Source of the DNA: Takakia lepidozioides
Taxonomy: Eukaryota; Plantae; Bryophyta
Direction of reading: 5' to 3'
Length of the DNA: 64,000 bases
Assembly: GCA_030704615.1 (NCBI GenBank)
Contig: CM060731.1
Location: 26,722,001-26,786,000, forward strand
A program made the translations under genes and the position numbers. The notes under the pieces were generated by a model. That model worked only from the letters and a program-made list of their open reading frames with translations. It had not been told where the DNA came from and searched no databases. Below are positions 1 to 14,403 of this stretch, in pieces (within the stretch, counting starts at the first letter, position 1; every line of letters begins with the position of its first letter).

Positions 1-985
1 TGTCGGTTGGGGGTCCGGATAACCTGATATTTGATATACTGCAGTTGATACCCTGATGATTCTATATCCGGCAAGGCAAGGCGGGGGGGGGGGGAAAGAG
101 AGAACGTGAGCACATGCGCACAGCTCAAGTGAGAACAAAATGGAGTCGTGAGTCGTTTATATACGGAAATAGAATAAACGCAAATAGGGTTCCTACAGCG
201 AAATAAGGGTTTATGTGCCTATTTATGTCCCTAAACCCTAAACCCTAATGCGAAATAGGCACCCCTAATGTACATCTACAAGCTCCATGTTCCAAATATT
301 TACCGCTTTGGTATCCTACAAAAGAATAACACACTAGGGAAAACAAAGTTGCAATACTAAACCAACACCATCCAAAACACACAAATACCAAACAATAATT
401 TGAACAATTAAATATAATGAGGCAAACAATGGGTTTCGCCTGCGAAATAATTCAAGGTATCGAGTTCCACCAACGAATTTTCAAGGTATCGTTGCGTATG
501 TCATTCATCCAATGGTTTCATTGGCGAAACCAATTGAGTTGTGTTTGGTTTTGCATATAAGGGACGACATGAGGTTGTTTTATTTCGCTAACAAATTGTA
601 CGTGCTTATTGCGTAGACCATTACCCATGCTTTCGTGGGCGGAACAAAATTAATTGTGTCGAGTTTTACATATTAGTGACTGCTACGAGCGTCAACATCA
701 CATGATTAATATGCAACAAAAATTGTTGTGGGAGATGGCACTAACAGGAAATTCCCTATGCCCCAGCTTCGTGTGACTTGTGCTCATGTGAACAGAAATT
801 ACCAAATGTTTCGCATTTCGTTTGACGTGACCACGATTTAGTTTCGCTAAAGTATTTACCCAAGAATATTCTTGGAATATTCAGAATATTCTCTTCTGCT
901 CCCGTGAGCAGGCGCACGGAGGGGGGAGCCTACGCACATGCTACCCACCCTCCGGCAAGCGTGTAGGTAAGACCTATGTTGGCAT

Positions 986-1356
986 TGTTGGAATTCGACA
1001 GAGAATAGAGGTAAAAGATGAACTGATTACGGAGAACTCTCCACCCAACCATAGGACCACAACAAACTCTGTGTCCACCCTCCGAGCTCTCCCTATTTAT
1101 ACTCAAAGTGTAATCCAGAAATAGCTGAGATAACTATAGCATAACTCCATGCTTTTACTTAAGTTATCTCCACCTGCTATTCTGGTACAATGACTTGAGT
1201 CACTAATAACTGAAGCTAACTTTAGCTATCTCTTAGCTAACCGAGGCTTATCTCTATTGTTAACTGTGACTTGTCCGCACTCCTATTATGGAAGCCTGAC
1301 TTGTCATCACAGTAACTCTAGGTAGTAGTAACTTGGTCAGGAGTTGATTTCCAACA
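986..1356 (-). mobile_element. Solo LTR (371 bp)
   Basis: Begins TGTTGGAATTC and ends GATTTCCAACA (TG...CA, 10/11 inverted match). Flanks GGCAT/TGCAT form a 4/5 TSD. TATAAATAG on the minus strand at ~1093-1101. Confidence 0.7.
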
Positions 1357-1639
1357 TGCATGACATTAGAGCATGTATTGCCCATTAGATCAAGGCACAA
1401 TTGATAGATGTCATATCACTCTTGTCACACTGAATTAGGTCACAAAGGTGGGATTACTTGCAAACCCCAAGGAATCATGTTCCCGTACCTCTCCGGTAAC
1501 TACTTCAAATCGCTTCCTAACATCAGCACTCATTTCGGGCTCTTCATAGGCTCCATGAGCGTGTACGATGCAGATGCTAGTGCGGTTACAGTTAGCATAG
1601 ACAATGAGGGGGGTCAGTTTCACCTTCACAAGAAGGGAC

Positions 1640-2105
1640 TGTCAACCCAATCAGTGTAACTCCCATTTGGTGTCACAAAATTGACCAAATATGAAAAATA
1701 CAAAGAATAAGTGACGGAACGGGGTGACATGGACTGGGGTGGCAGACCCTACACCTCATAGCTACCATCACCATCACCTTACCAGCAAACTGCTAGTCTT
1801 CATACAACAACCTAAAATATTCAATAGTGAGGATGGGGTAAGAGGGGCCGGGGAGAAAAACCCGAAGCAGCCCCATGTCACTCGGGTCACTATTAAGCAT
1901 TAAGCATAATGCATATAATTTTGTGTAGTTGATGAACAAGTTGTTGGACATAAGATGACTGGTCAGTCACTATGAGGTATAGGCTTCAATTTATGCTGGG
2001 TTGCTGTGTCATTCTAATCCATGTCACTCCAGTGTCTGGTGTCATTTCCTATTTATACTTGATCAAATTTGTGACCTAGCGGAGGTTACACTGATTGGAG
2101 TGACA
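1640..2105. repeat. Inverted repeat pair (~60-bp arms) in a GTCAC-rich non-autonomous DNA-transposon-like segment
   Basis: 1640-1700 (tgtcaacccaatcagtgtaactccc...gtcacaaaattgaccaaatat) is the reverse complement of ~2050-2105. Many GTCAC/GTGAC motifs across 1400-2180. Confidence 0.55.
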
Positions 2106-3520
2106 CTCCTTCCATGTCACTCAGGTGTCACTCCCACTACCAGTGTCACTCCACTTATGTCACCAAGTTCTGTGTCACTCTCGATAGGGGGGTGAGGAAG
2201 ATTTGACAATCGGCCTACCGTGCAGTTAGAGATCACACTCTTGCATTAAGTTTTACATTATTGCTATTGTTTTCGCTCATAACCCTCCCTCCCTGATTTT
2301 TGTCAGTTTTCTTCTGCCATGTTTGCAAACTAAGCTCCTACAATACAGTGATGAACTGGGGTTTCTGCAATGGCTTGAATCCACTACATATACTTGTTAG
2401 GAATCCGACCATTTTTTGTTGCTTTTGGACCTGATTTAGATTGCACTTTGATTGCACACATTTTACTTCAAATCTAAACCTGTCTCCTTTAGCAACTTTT
2501 GAATCCATTAGGTATAGCTTTGGGTACCTCTAAATTTCTAACTCCACTCTTTGTGAGAGAGAACAAAATATAGCAAGTGTGGTAAAATAAAGTTAAAATT
2601 AATTTTACAAGAAAAAATAGTATATAGTGAAAACTATGAATGGCCAGTGACAAGAGCCATGGTAGTTACTGCCTTCAATTGTGGATAAATAGGTAAGCTA
2701 CAATGGAGAGCTGACTTATCTCTAACACTAGTTTCAAATGTGAACCTGGGCTGACTAATGTTCTACAGAGCCACTTCCCCTCACCAGGGTCTGCCATAGT
2801 TGCATACTAAAATGATTCAATGGTCAAGGATTAGTGGGATCTCCTTTTCGGTGTCCTAATACAAAGCTTCCTAGCAAGTTGCTGCCATTTCAATCTGGGT
2901 TCTCAATTGGGTTGTAGTGTAAAGTTGCCCCCCCCAAGTGCCCCACTCTCATTGCATTTATGTGCTCTGTGCAAAGCAATACTGAACACAACACGAAACA
3001 CATGGGACAGAAATTCCATAATCTGCAATTACAACCCTGTCCCAGGCAAATCTGTGGAATCTGTCCACACAGAAATGTTGAGGCCTAGCGGAGATTTAGT
3101 GTCACTCACAATCCTCCAACACTTCACCATCTCCAGTATTACCACAATCTTTGGACACAGAAAATCATTTTAACAGCTGTGTAATCACCTAGCCACCAGT
3201 GTTGTTGTACTAATTGAAAACCGTATATGGAAATCATATTGATGCTAAGAATCTCACTGAATACATGTCATCCACAAGCCCAAAGATTGTTAAGGATCAT
3301 GGTGTTGTTCTTTCCAGCTTCCTATAACAAAAAGCAACATGTAACAGTTGATTGCCCAAGTCTGCATGTGTTCTCTAGTCTTGTTGAGACCCACCTCCTC
3401 CCCATAAAGTGCACCAAGGTGAAGTAAGCTAACTTGAAATGAGCCGGTACTAGCATAAGCCTTCAAGACAGTCTTTCTACTGAAAGAAGTCCATAGTAGA
3501 CCTTTCCAATTTTGGATACA

Positions 3521-4752
<1,232 letters not shown>

Positions 4753-5231
4753 GGCGCTCCCTCACAACTTACAACCCCCTCCAATCACTGTCTGCCTACC
4801 AGGTCCTCCCCTTCAACCCTCTTCCTTGTCTTCTCTGTGTCGCCCACATGACGACTTCTCGGCACCAAACGAAACCCTCAGTACCCACACACCCTGAGGA
4901 AGGCAGCCCTAGCGATGGCGCTCTACCGAACCCTGCAAGGGGTCGGTTTTAGCCAGAATTGTCGCCTGCATGGGATGCGAAAGACCATTATTGGTGGAAC
5001 ATGTCATCATCCAGAATCTGCAGCTATACCGAACCCTGCAAGGGGTCGGTTTTAGCCAGAATTGTCGCCTGCATGGGATGCGAAAGACCATTACTGGTGG
5101 AACATGTCATCATCCAGAATCTGCACTGTTTCGATTGTCCAGTACCCCACTTGTCATCCACACATTCTGACACAGACTGGTGCCTTCGGTTTCCACCACA
5201 GCTGCTACCGACTCGGAGGGAGGAAGAGGCG
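4753..5231. promoter_or_regulatory. Putative bidirectional promoter between RBX1 and OHP1 (479 bp between start codons)
   Basis: Head-to-head ATGs at 4752 (-) and 5232 (+). Confidence 0.6.
4924..5125. repeat. Tandem direct duplication (2 x ~99 bp, period 103) in the RBX1/OHP1 divergent promoter
   Basis: taccgaaccctgcaaggggtcggttttagccagaattg...ccagaatctgca occurs at 4924-5022 and 5027-5125 with about one substitution. Confidence 0.95.
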
Positions 5232-7919
5232 ATGGCGAGCACACTAGTGAGTGCAGGCATAGCGGGAATTGCATCCCCAGTATGTTATGCTGGAAGAAGC
5301 ACTCAACAAAATTATGGGGCTTGTGTATCTGGGTTGGGTCTCCGGTCACAGTTTTCTGGGACTCGGGTATGGACCATCCTTTTACTCTGCTAAACGTCAT
5401 TTTGGTTTTGGGTTGTTGCCTCGAGGTATTTTTTCTGAGGAAACCTGAAAATTGTGGTTGGGGTTCTCTCTCAGGTCCAGTTTCGTGGGATTCGGGTATT
5501 GCATCTTCCTTTTACTCTACTGACCATGCTTTCCTGCGTTGCGTCGTTGCATTGAGGGATTAGGAACGTGCAGAATTGAAGGGTCACGGAATTGGGATAG
5601 GGTAGTATTGTCAATGGAGCATGTTTCTCATCTTCTCGTAGAGTGTAATTTTGACGTGTGCATTACGTACCAAGATTTTACAGAATGGATACCTCCTGAA
5701 CAGAGAGATGCTTAGACTTCCGTGTATGGAAAATCCCAGCGAGAGCTTTCTGCCTATAATGAGAATTTGCCAGCAACATATGAAGCGTGGATAAAGCTTA
5801 TTTATAGCCATAATGTGGCATAAGTGATCATGTGATTCGAATGTCTAGCCGACAAGGACAGCGCAAGATCATTGTATGCCTGCCAATTCAAGGGGCCTCG
5901 CGCCAGTATGAGATTGGAATTTTCTGTAGCTTCATGCATTTAGACAAAGATACTGGAGCCCCTCTTCTTTATCCAGTAATCTCATCTGATCAAGTGTATC
6001 GCAAAGGATCGTCGCAGGGGTCTCGCTTGCTTAGAGCAAGCAAAGCTAATGCAAGACTTTTAACAGAGGCTCCAAGTAGGTGCTGGTACATTAGGCAGTA
6101 AAGTGTTCTTGTTGTTGTCCAATGCCAAACCAGCAAGTTTGAGGGTGACATTGTCCTGAATTTAATGCCAGCCATGGCACTTCCGCTGTTTGTCAATGTG
6201 ACTATGGTAAATTTTGGCGGATCCATCTTACTTCATTGGGGTTGAAAAACAGAGTGATGCATGCTCCCGCTGTGTGTGACCCGAGGGGACGATTAATTTG
6301 TGCAGCAATGAACCACAAAGTCGGCAGAGATGTTAACTGTGGATTTGTCACTCAATTCTTGTTTGAAGTGGAAGCTTTAGATTCAGTCGGTTTTGGATGA
6401 TGGAGAGAGAGAAAGAGAGAGGGTGAGAACTTGTAGGGCATGTGATTTCATGATGGGAGGTCCTGAGGTGAAGGGGTGTGGTGATAAGATATTACAGCCT
6501 GCTTACTTTGTGAAGGGGTCTGGAGGTAATAATAATGGCGGTAAAATGTTTTTGGTGGTTTTTGCAGCTACAAAAACATGGATTGAGAAGCTCAAAGAGA
6601 CCTTCAAGGCAGTCACCTCTTTCCACTCAAGCTGCTAAGCTTCCTTCTGGGGTAGTTAACTCAATGATCCATTTGTTTCCTGGGCGTGAAGTTGGAGGGC
6701 GGGAAGAGGAAGGGAGATGAAAACATAATGGATAGGTGTTTACTAGTCTGTGATATGAACATTCTCCACCAAGGACAACCAATATGAGGAGGGGCTTAGA
6801 GCACCAAGCGGGTGGAGGAAGCTTGGAAAGGGATAGACAAACAAAAGACTTTGAAGGAGTGGTAGGCATGTGCAAGATTTAGATTTTCCAGTATATCAAA
6901 GAGAAGATATAGTCCATGATCTGTATCAGTTTATTCTTCTTGCTTAAAATTGTTTATTTTTTGATACAGAATCTTGTCTCTCTTAAGTACATGCTCTTCC
7001 ACTTTCTCCCCTCCCTTGTATTGCCCTTTCCCTGTACTATTTCTCAGCCACTAGCCACAAATGCTGAATATCAAGAGTGTGGCAAGCACAGGTAGAGCCA
7101 CCTAAGGAGGAGCCAAAGCTGCCAGTGTCTCTGTGGGGTTTCACAGAGAATGCGGAGGTCTGGAACTCACGGGCTAGCATGATAGGCATTGTTGGTCTTG
7201 TTGCAGTGGAATTTGTAAGTCTTCTGGTTCATCATGAATTTTTTACCGTTGAGTTAGAGTTAAAGTTGAAGTTTTAGTACGTAGGAGGATTGCATCATCA
7301 GCAGTTGATTCCAGGGGCTTCAGAATTATGGTGTCTAAGTAGGTTGAAATGGCAAAAGGGCTGTGCTGGGTGTGCTTGGGTTAGCTTCACATATCTCTAT
7401 TTGGCAGTGCTAGATGAAAGCCTTAAGCAGGGTGAATAGACTGTCTGTGGTATGGAATTCCAATGTATCGGTCAATTCTAAAATGACTTTTAATGGGATA
7501 TACTGAAGGAGCCACAATGATGCTGATAACCCACCTCTAGATATAGGGCAAACTTGTAAGTTCCCTGGAGAGAGAGATTGGGCACTAGCTGTCTTGCTGG
7601 TGGAAGACAGGTAGCACAAGTGTGAACATGGCTTTGGAATCTCTCTGCCTCCTCTTGTTAAGTGTACATTTGTCTGGTGTGTGGGTAGCTTTTGCTTCTC
7701 CTATCTGGCTGTGAACATTCTCGCAATGAGACAATCAGACTGTAACATCAAAATAGCCTGGCTTACCAAAAGTATGCTTTCAAGTGGTTGGACTGTGAGT
7801 GTCAATTGCTGCAGTCATTTTTTCTCATTTTCTGTGGTTGTGCTGTGCAGATCCTGAACAAAGGAATCCTGCAAGTGCTCGGTATTGAGATTGGAAAAGG
7901 CCTTGATCTTCCTTTATGA
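5232..7919 (+). CDS. OHP1: One-helix protein 1 (HLIP/LHC-like, chloroplast), 4 exons: 5232-5366, 6568-6651, 7092-7214, 7851-7919
   Basis: Transit-peptide-like N-terminus MASTLVSAG..., then AAKLPSG-VEPPKEEPKLPVSLWGFTENAEVWNSRASMIGIVGLVAVEF-ILNKGILQVLGIEIGKGLDLPL*. Contains the ExxNxR chlorophyll-binding helix and the OHP1-type C-terminus. Introns are GT-AG, phase 0. Confidence 0.93.
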
Positions 7920-8290
7920 GGAGGGTACAAATGTAAAAAAGGCTATTCTGACCAAAGAGGACCAAAATTTCGCTTGACAACTGTGCTGTTCAAACGTCAA
8001 CTCCTTGGATTTGCAGTAGTCCAAATTGGTTGGCCATGCAAAACTCTTTTGCTGGTCGTCCTCTCTCCTGGTCATCCTGGTCATTCTCTTCCGTCTGTTT
8101 TCGAGATTGCTTCCTTCTTTATTCTTTTTAATGGGGTGGTATGTGCAACAGAGAGTCTCAGTTATGCTATATAACTATTGCTAGCTCCCAATTTGTGCAA
8201 AAAAATTGGTGATTTCAGTGTTTTACTTTCTGGGATCAGGGCATGCATTGATTTTTCATTGGAAGGTGTGAAGTGTGGCAGTACTCTTAA

Positions 8291-8448
8291 CGGCTCATGT
8301 GAGACCACACAAAAACGCTGAAGGTAGTGAAGGGATTTGTTCTATTTAAGACAGCAATTACTGACTCCCATTTGCGGCTCATGTGAGACCACACAAAAAT
8401 GCTGAAGGTAGGAAAGGGATTTGTTTTATTTAAGACAGCAATTACTGA
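8291..8448. repeat. Tandem duplication, 2 x ~84 bp, downstream of OHP1
   Basis: cggctcatgtgagaccacacaaaaa...aagacagcaattactgac starts at 8291 and again at 8375. Confidence 0.9.
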
Positions 8449-11400
8449 CCACCATGTTAATGATTCTAAACCTGATTTCTCACAAGCTGCATGCATTTTG
8501 TTTATCTTTCCAAAGTGTCTAGTAGATTGAAGAAAGTGGGACATGCAAGTATTCTGGTTGAGCCTTGTGAGTGCATTATCATCTTGGCCAGTTACCTGGG
8601 ATGTTATCTCACTGTTATCACACAGTTTGGACACTGGCATTTGAAAACAGAGTCAATAAGTAGAAAACTGACTTCAAAACAGAGCAATCAGTTATGTAAC
8701 CCCTAATTTCCCAGCTATGGCGGTAGATAGAAGCCATGATTTCTTTTGTTTACCTCCAATTTTGAAGGTTCCTGAAGCAAATCTACAAAATTAAATGTGC
8801 ACCATAGGGAGGCACTCTTCTCCAATATATATGTATATATTAGAATGCCTACAGTCTACCCTCCGTATCTGTTCATCCTCTTTATCTGAAAATTTTGCAA
8901 AGCAAGTGTCAAGTGTTATGTGTACTGATGGTTTTTTACTCCCTCCTTTACTAAAATGACCCCTTAATAAGTGTTAATGTTTTCCAAAAGCATACTATAT
9001 GTATAGATGTGTAACAAGACAACTCGGTCTAAGGGTCATGACATACAGCTATCAGCTCTGTAAGTTTACTTAACATAGGGATCACTCAAACTCTATAAAT
9101 GTTAGATCCCAGTATTCAAGCTATATGGAAGTGTTCCCTCTCTTAAGTGTGATTTTTGAGAGATTCTTATTCTGTATCTGTGATGATGTTAAATATCTAT
9201 ATGGGTTACGTTTTCTCTACTCCCCATGCGAATAGACTCTACGTTAAAAAGAATGTTGACTGTTTTTGGGCCGAAATCCATGGGTTCCACAGTGATCCAC
9301 CCAAGAGAGTGGTACCCATGATCATAAGGGAGGGGTCACCCCTCTTTGAAGTCACCTGTAGAGCAACTTGCGTATCCCTCTTGGCCAATGTGGCATGTTT
9401 TGCCACGAATCATTTGTACCCTTGAAATACTTTTCTGAGGAATTGCACATCGGAGAAACATGGCCAGTACCCACAGTACAATTCTCCGATTGTGTTGGAA
9501 TGTTGCCCTAAATGCAATCACATCATGCGAAAATGCCTCACCTCAAAGCCGTGTGCATCAAGGGGGTAACTGCAGCAGGCACACACTCTCTCTAACACCC
9601 GAGCTGTTGGAGAGGAAACTCGTGGGGTTGAATGAAATATGCATGGTTTCTTGGCTCATATGAAAGGGGGTTAATTTTGTCCCCATCCTTTGTGAAGGGC
9701 CTGAATTGTGGGCTGTTGCTTCCAGGTTTCTTAAGCAAGAACATCTGAGACGATCCGTCAGAACCCAAAAGAATTTATCCGAAAAAGAAATCCTCGCATG
9801 AGATCTGCCGAGCCCTGTCTGTGGTGGGCAGGGCACTGGAGACAGGGAGAGAACACATCAGCGGACCGTGAGAGCTGCAGCTGAAAGTTGCTGTGGTGAT
9901 GTACTAGAATACAGGGCGATTAACGAAGATAATAGTGCTGGCAGGAGAGCTACTTGCCTCTAGAGAATTTCATCTAGGTGTGGTTTGACGGAGAATGAAT
10001 TTCACTCCGAGACAAATGTAATTCTTACTGGTTTGCTTTGAAACTTATCTCTTTCAGGTGCTTATGGAGAAATTGAGGTGCCTCGAACCAGCGATGAGAG
10101 CTATCCACCCATACTCTTCACCCATATGCCAAGGACTCTGGCAGGTGGGGATAATCTCCAATGATTCAGATATCATATCTAACACTCATGAGGGGAAGAC
10201 TCGCTATTTCGTTCTTCTTAATTTTGGAGGAGGAGACGTTGCCTGATGATACTGACCGTCTAAAGATTGCATAAAAAATGGAGATGGATTCATTTGCGTT
10301 TTACTTGCTTGGCTGAATGGCTGAGCCGTGTGTGTACAAAAGAACTGGCAACGCTTCGACATGAACTCTTGTGAAATGCCAAGCAACTCTTATTCACCTT
10401 TCTCTTGAGTGCTGATGCAAAGCTTGTCACAGAGAGTCACAAACTTCAATTTGGTTTAGTAACGAGTATTGGCTCTTTTGATCAATCGTCGAGGGGACAA
10501 GATAAACTTTCAAGAGCATAATACGGCCCTGGCTTCGCCCTCAGCCTCCGACATTGACTCTAAGTGTAGATTGAAAATCAATGTCACTCGTTTCTCAGCA
10601 ATCCATATATGCGATTTTTCCTATCCAGCGGCTGGATTCGATGACGTTCAAGCGTTGGTCACAAGCAGAGGTTGTTGTGGATCTCCATAGCACCCATCTA
10701 TTGGCATGATCTGAGTGAGGTGAAGAAGCAGGCGAGCTTTTGACTTACTCTTGGCGATAATATGGAGAGGCTTGCATATACGGCCCAATATTGTACCCGT
10801 CAAGATTTACGAACACCTATTTTAAAGCAAGAATTCGACATCAACGAGAGTCTACTGATGACGAGAAAGAAAACGAGACTAGAGAGGTGAAAGGATGGGA
10901 GGGGAGATGACCGAACTGTCAAAGTCACGAGGGCGATCATTGCCGGCAACTTTGCTTTCTCATATCTTTAGAAGTAGCTCACGCCTTATTATACAAGTTT
11001 CGAGATCGAATAATAAACTCAGAATGACGACTACTAGAGGATGGGGATGCTCTGCATCAATTAGTTCCTACTTGAAGGGCATCTGGGATCTAGATCTGAC
11101 TTGCCCTCCATGCATTCTTCGAAGGAAGTGTGGGGCCAGGGAACAATACATTTCAGGCTGTAGAACAAATGCTCACACGACCTGTGGTAAATGTTAGTGA
11201 GGCTGATCCTATGCGGGACCCTACTTTATGCCTGCATTTATCATAACGTGGATTGCCACCCTTTCCTCGCTAATGTTACAGTGGTTGGTATGCTATTTAG
11301 AGCAGAGGTATAGAAAACACATGTCTTTACTTTAGAGGGGAACGTGCAAAGTAGGGAACAGTGGCCGAGCTGCACACATTGCTATCAACCTGGACACCAA

Positions 11401-12055
11401 GTTACTGTGGTCTAAAAACACGCGCCTGAAGGCGTTCCAAGATCTGTCTCCGTTCAGAGCGAACATCATTCCCACAAGTGAACCCAATTCAGAAAAACGA
11501 TGTGCTTGACCCATTCTCCTTCCTCACGACATTTGATCTCCAGAAATGCATCATCGTTGGGAAAAAGAACTTATTGTACAGCCAACCTTTGAAGCAGCTA
11601 AAGCCTATATAGGTATAAGGCCGGGTTAAAAAAAGCAAAACACAAAAGTTCAAAAATCTCAAAGAAAGTGGCAAGTAAAATGCGTTAATAAATACATGAT
11701 AAGTTTAAAATGTCCTTGATAGCCATTCCATTACAAACGTGTGGTCTGTCCCTTGAAGAGCTACAGTGCTACTTAACTGGACTCTCTTTGCTGGATTGCT
11801 GCACAGTCCAGGTGCTTTGGGATCTGAGCAGCAGTGTGACATTCAGTTGTTCTCTCAGTCTCTCTGGATATGCTTGCTCACAGCTGCAGGTTGAGGGTCG
11901 CTGTAAGGAAAATCACGGTTAACTTTCGTCTAGAGATCTCTTACTTCTGCAGCTTCTCTGCATGCCATTAGCACTTTCTTCTCTGCACCATTTCATTTCA
12001 TTTCATTTCTGCTTGAGGGGTCTGAGTCCAACAAACTCAGCTCCTCGGTGTGACT

Positions 12056-14403
12056 ATGGCTGCTCGACAGACAGCTGCAAGTTCATTGAGAATTTGTCTT
12101 GTACTATCTCTGTGGTTCACATTCACAAGGGCACAAAAAACTCCCCTCTTTCCAGCAGTTTTCATCTTCGGAGACTCACTGGTGGATGTCGGGAACAATG
12201 ATTATCTTCCAGCGCTCGCGCGGGCAGACTTGTCACCCAATGGAATCGATTTTCCCACCCATCAACCAACGGGTCGATTCTGCAATGGGAAAACAGTCAT
12301 GGACGTTATCTGTGAGTTCGCCAACACCCCTGTCGCGTACTTATAAGAATTCTTCCTCACTACAAACCTTACAAGTGTACATAACTCGGCCTGAGATTCT
12401 CTGCAATATTTTTGTATGTGGGTTTGCTCATGCTAATGTGTGATGGCAGCTGACTTCATCGGTCTTCCATACCCCCCTGCATTCATGGCACCTTCAACCT
12501 TGGGAGCCTCGATCCTCAAGGGAGTGAACTATGCATCGGGCGCTGGTGGCATACTTGATGGAACTGGTGCCAATTATGTAAGTTGGAACTTGAGTCGTTT
12601 GACTCGAGGACTTTCCCCAAGTTTTCTTTCAGATTCCGCTACTTGAACTGATGTCTTCTTCCCTTCGCGTCTGTAGAACTACTCCAGTCAGATTTCACTA
12701 AGTACTGTACACGTACAAGCTTTCGAACCCTATTTGAATGTGGCTTTGATCAAAGTTTGCTTGTCACTTCCATGCATGGTGTGGTGAACGAAGGGGTGTA
12801 TTATAATATCCCGTGTCGACCGGTGACTCTAGTGACCAATGTTTTGGCCCACCTCTTATGGGCTGTTAGACAGTCGGTCCGGATGGGCGATGTAGTGTCC
12901 CCACTCCACCAACATGTGCCATGTAAAACGCTCTCAAAATACTTGTGTGAGCGATGTTGGAGCAGGTTGATCGACTATCATTTAACACCCAACTGCAATA
13001 CTTCAAGAAAAATCTCTTCGAGCTTGAGCTCTACCTAGGCCCCCAGGGCGCCGCAAAGCTGATCAGCGAGTCCCTTTTTGCCACTGTGTTTGGAAGCAAC
13101 GATTTCATCAACAATTACTTGCTTTCAAATTCACAAACACGGCCCAAGTACACCCCGCCAGCATATATCGACTTCGTGATTTCTACATATAGAGAGCAAC
13201 TCACGGTAAATACTTTGATCAGTTCCCCATGTATACTGATTGTTTTCAAATTATGTCTCGCCATTTTAGTGTCAACGGGAAGATTTGGGAGATTTGAGGG
13301 CCTTAATCAGGTGGTTGACGTAAGTGCATCTGTATATCCTTCAGGACCTGTACAACTGCGGTGCGCGCAAGTTTCTCGTTCCTAATGTTGGCCCACTTGG
13401 ATGCATACCGTCGCGGCTGGCCATCGGGAGCACTGATGGTAGCTGTGTCCCATTTGATAATCAAGTGGTGGTAGCGTACAACACAGCCTTGAGCGGAATG
13501 CTCAGACAGTTGAGCAACAGTTTGCCTGGCTCCGTCTTTGTCTGCGGGAATATGTACAAGGCTTTCATGGACATGATGCACAGCCCAGCTTCTTACGGTA
13601 TGTGGACTGTATCTTCGTACACAGTTTGATTTATGTGATTTGTATATGTCCAGTGAGCTCAATGATGATGCACTAATTAGGTTTTGGCTAATGAGTTGCA
13701 AGTACGAAATCCCCTTTACCATAGACCAGCTCGAACCTAGTTTGAATTCGAGCCGCGCACAATGTGGCATGCTCACTCAAATCGATACCTGTAGTACATA
13801 TCACTTAGTGCAAATTTTGTTCCAAAAACTCTGGATACTACCACATGTGTAGCATTAATTTTATGTAGGAATTCATCGGGCGAGGATTCAGACGCACGGT
13901 GGGTCAGAGCTTATTTCGGCACTAGATTTCCAGGCTCTGAAACTAGTCTCCACTCACCAGGTAGCCTTATATTTTGAGTCTGTTGTAACTTTCAGCAGGG
14001 CCGAGCTTGATTATGTACACCTGAGAAACCCAATTGAGTGCAGATCAGGGAATGGCATCTCCACTATACTGCCCACAAATCGCGCACATGGCATCCTAGC
14101 TCTGAGCTTTCGCGTGCTTCCTAGAACTAAAAAAACTGCATAGCGGATGGCAATTAACTGGAGTGTTGTGTGGCAGGTTTCAGTGTGGTAAACGAGGGCT
14201 GTTGTGGCGGCGGAAAATACAATGGACAAATTCCCTGCTTGCCAATGATGCAGATCTGCACAAATCGAAACTCTTACATGTTCTGGGATCCTTTCCACCC
14301 GAGCCAGGCAGTCAATGAAGTTCTTGCTCAAAGGTTGTTTGCGGGCTCCCCCATTGATGTATCTCCCATCAATGTTGCCCAGCTTGCTGCACTGCAGCTG
14401 TGA
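12056..14403 (+). CDS. GDSL esterase/lipase (secreted), 5 exons: 12056-12311, 12450-12577, 12966-13205, 13345-13597, 14177-14403
   Basis: Signal peptide followed by [56 protein letters not shown] and FWDPFHP. The five-exon GT-AG structure is canonical for the family. Confidence 0.95.

Noticed and set aside
229-248. CCCTAAA telomere-like repeats
   Set aside because: Fewer than 3 units; a common telo-box or interstitial motif, not a telomere.
5832-6101. ORF inside OHP1 intron 1 as a possible extra exon
   Set aside because: OHP1 is complete and in frame without it, and no convincing splice pair was found.
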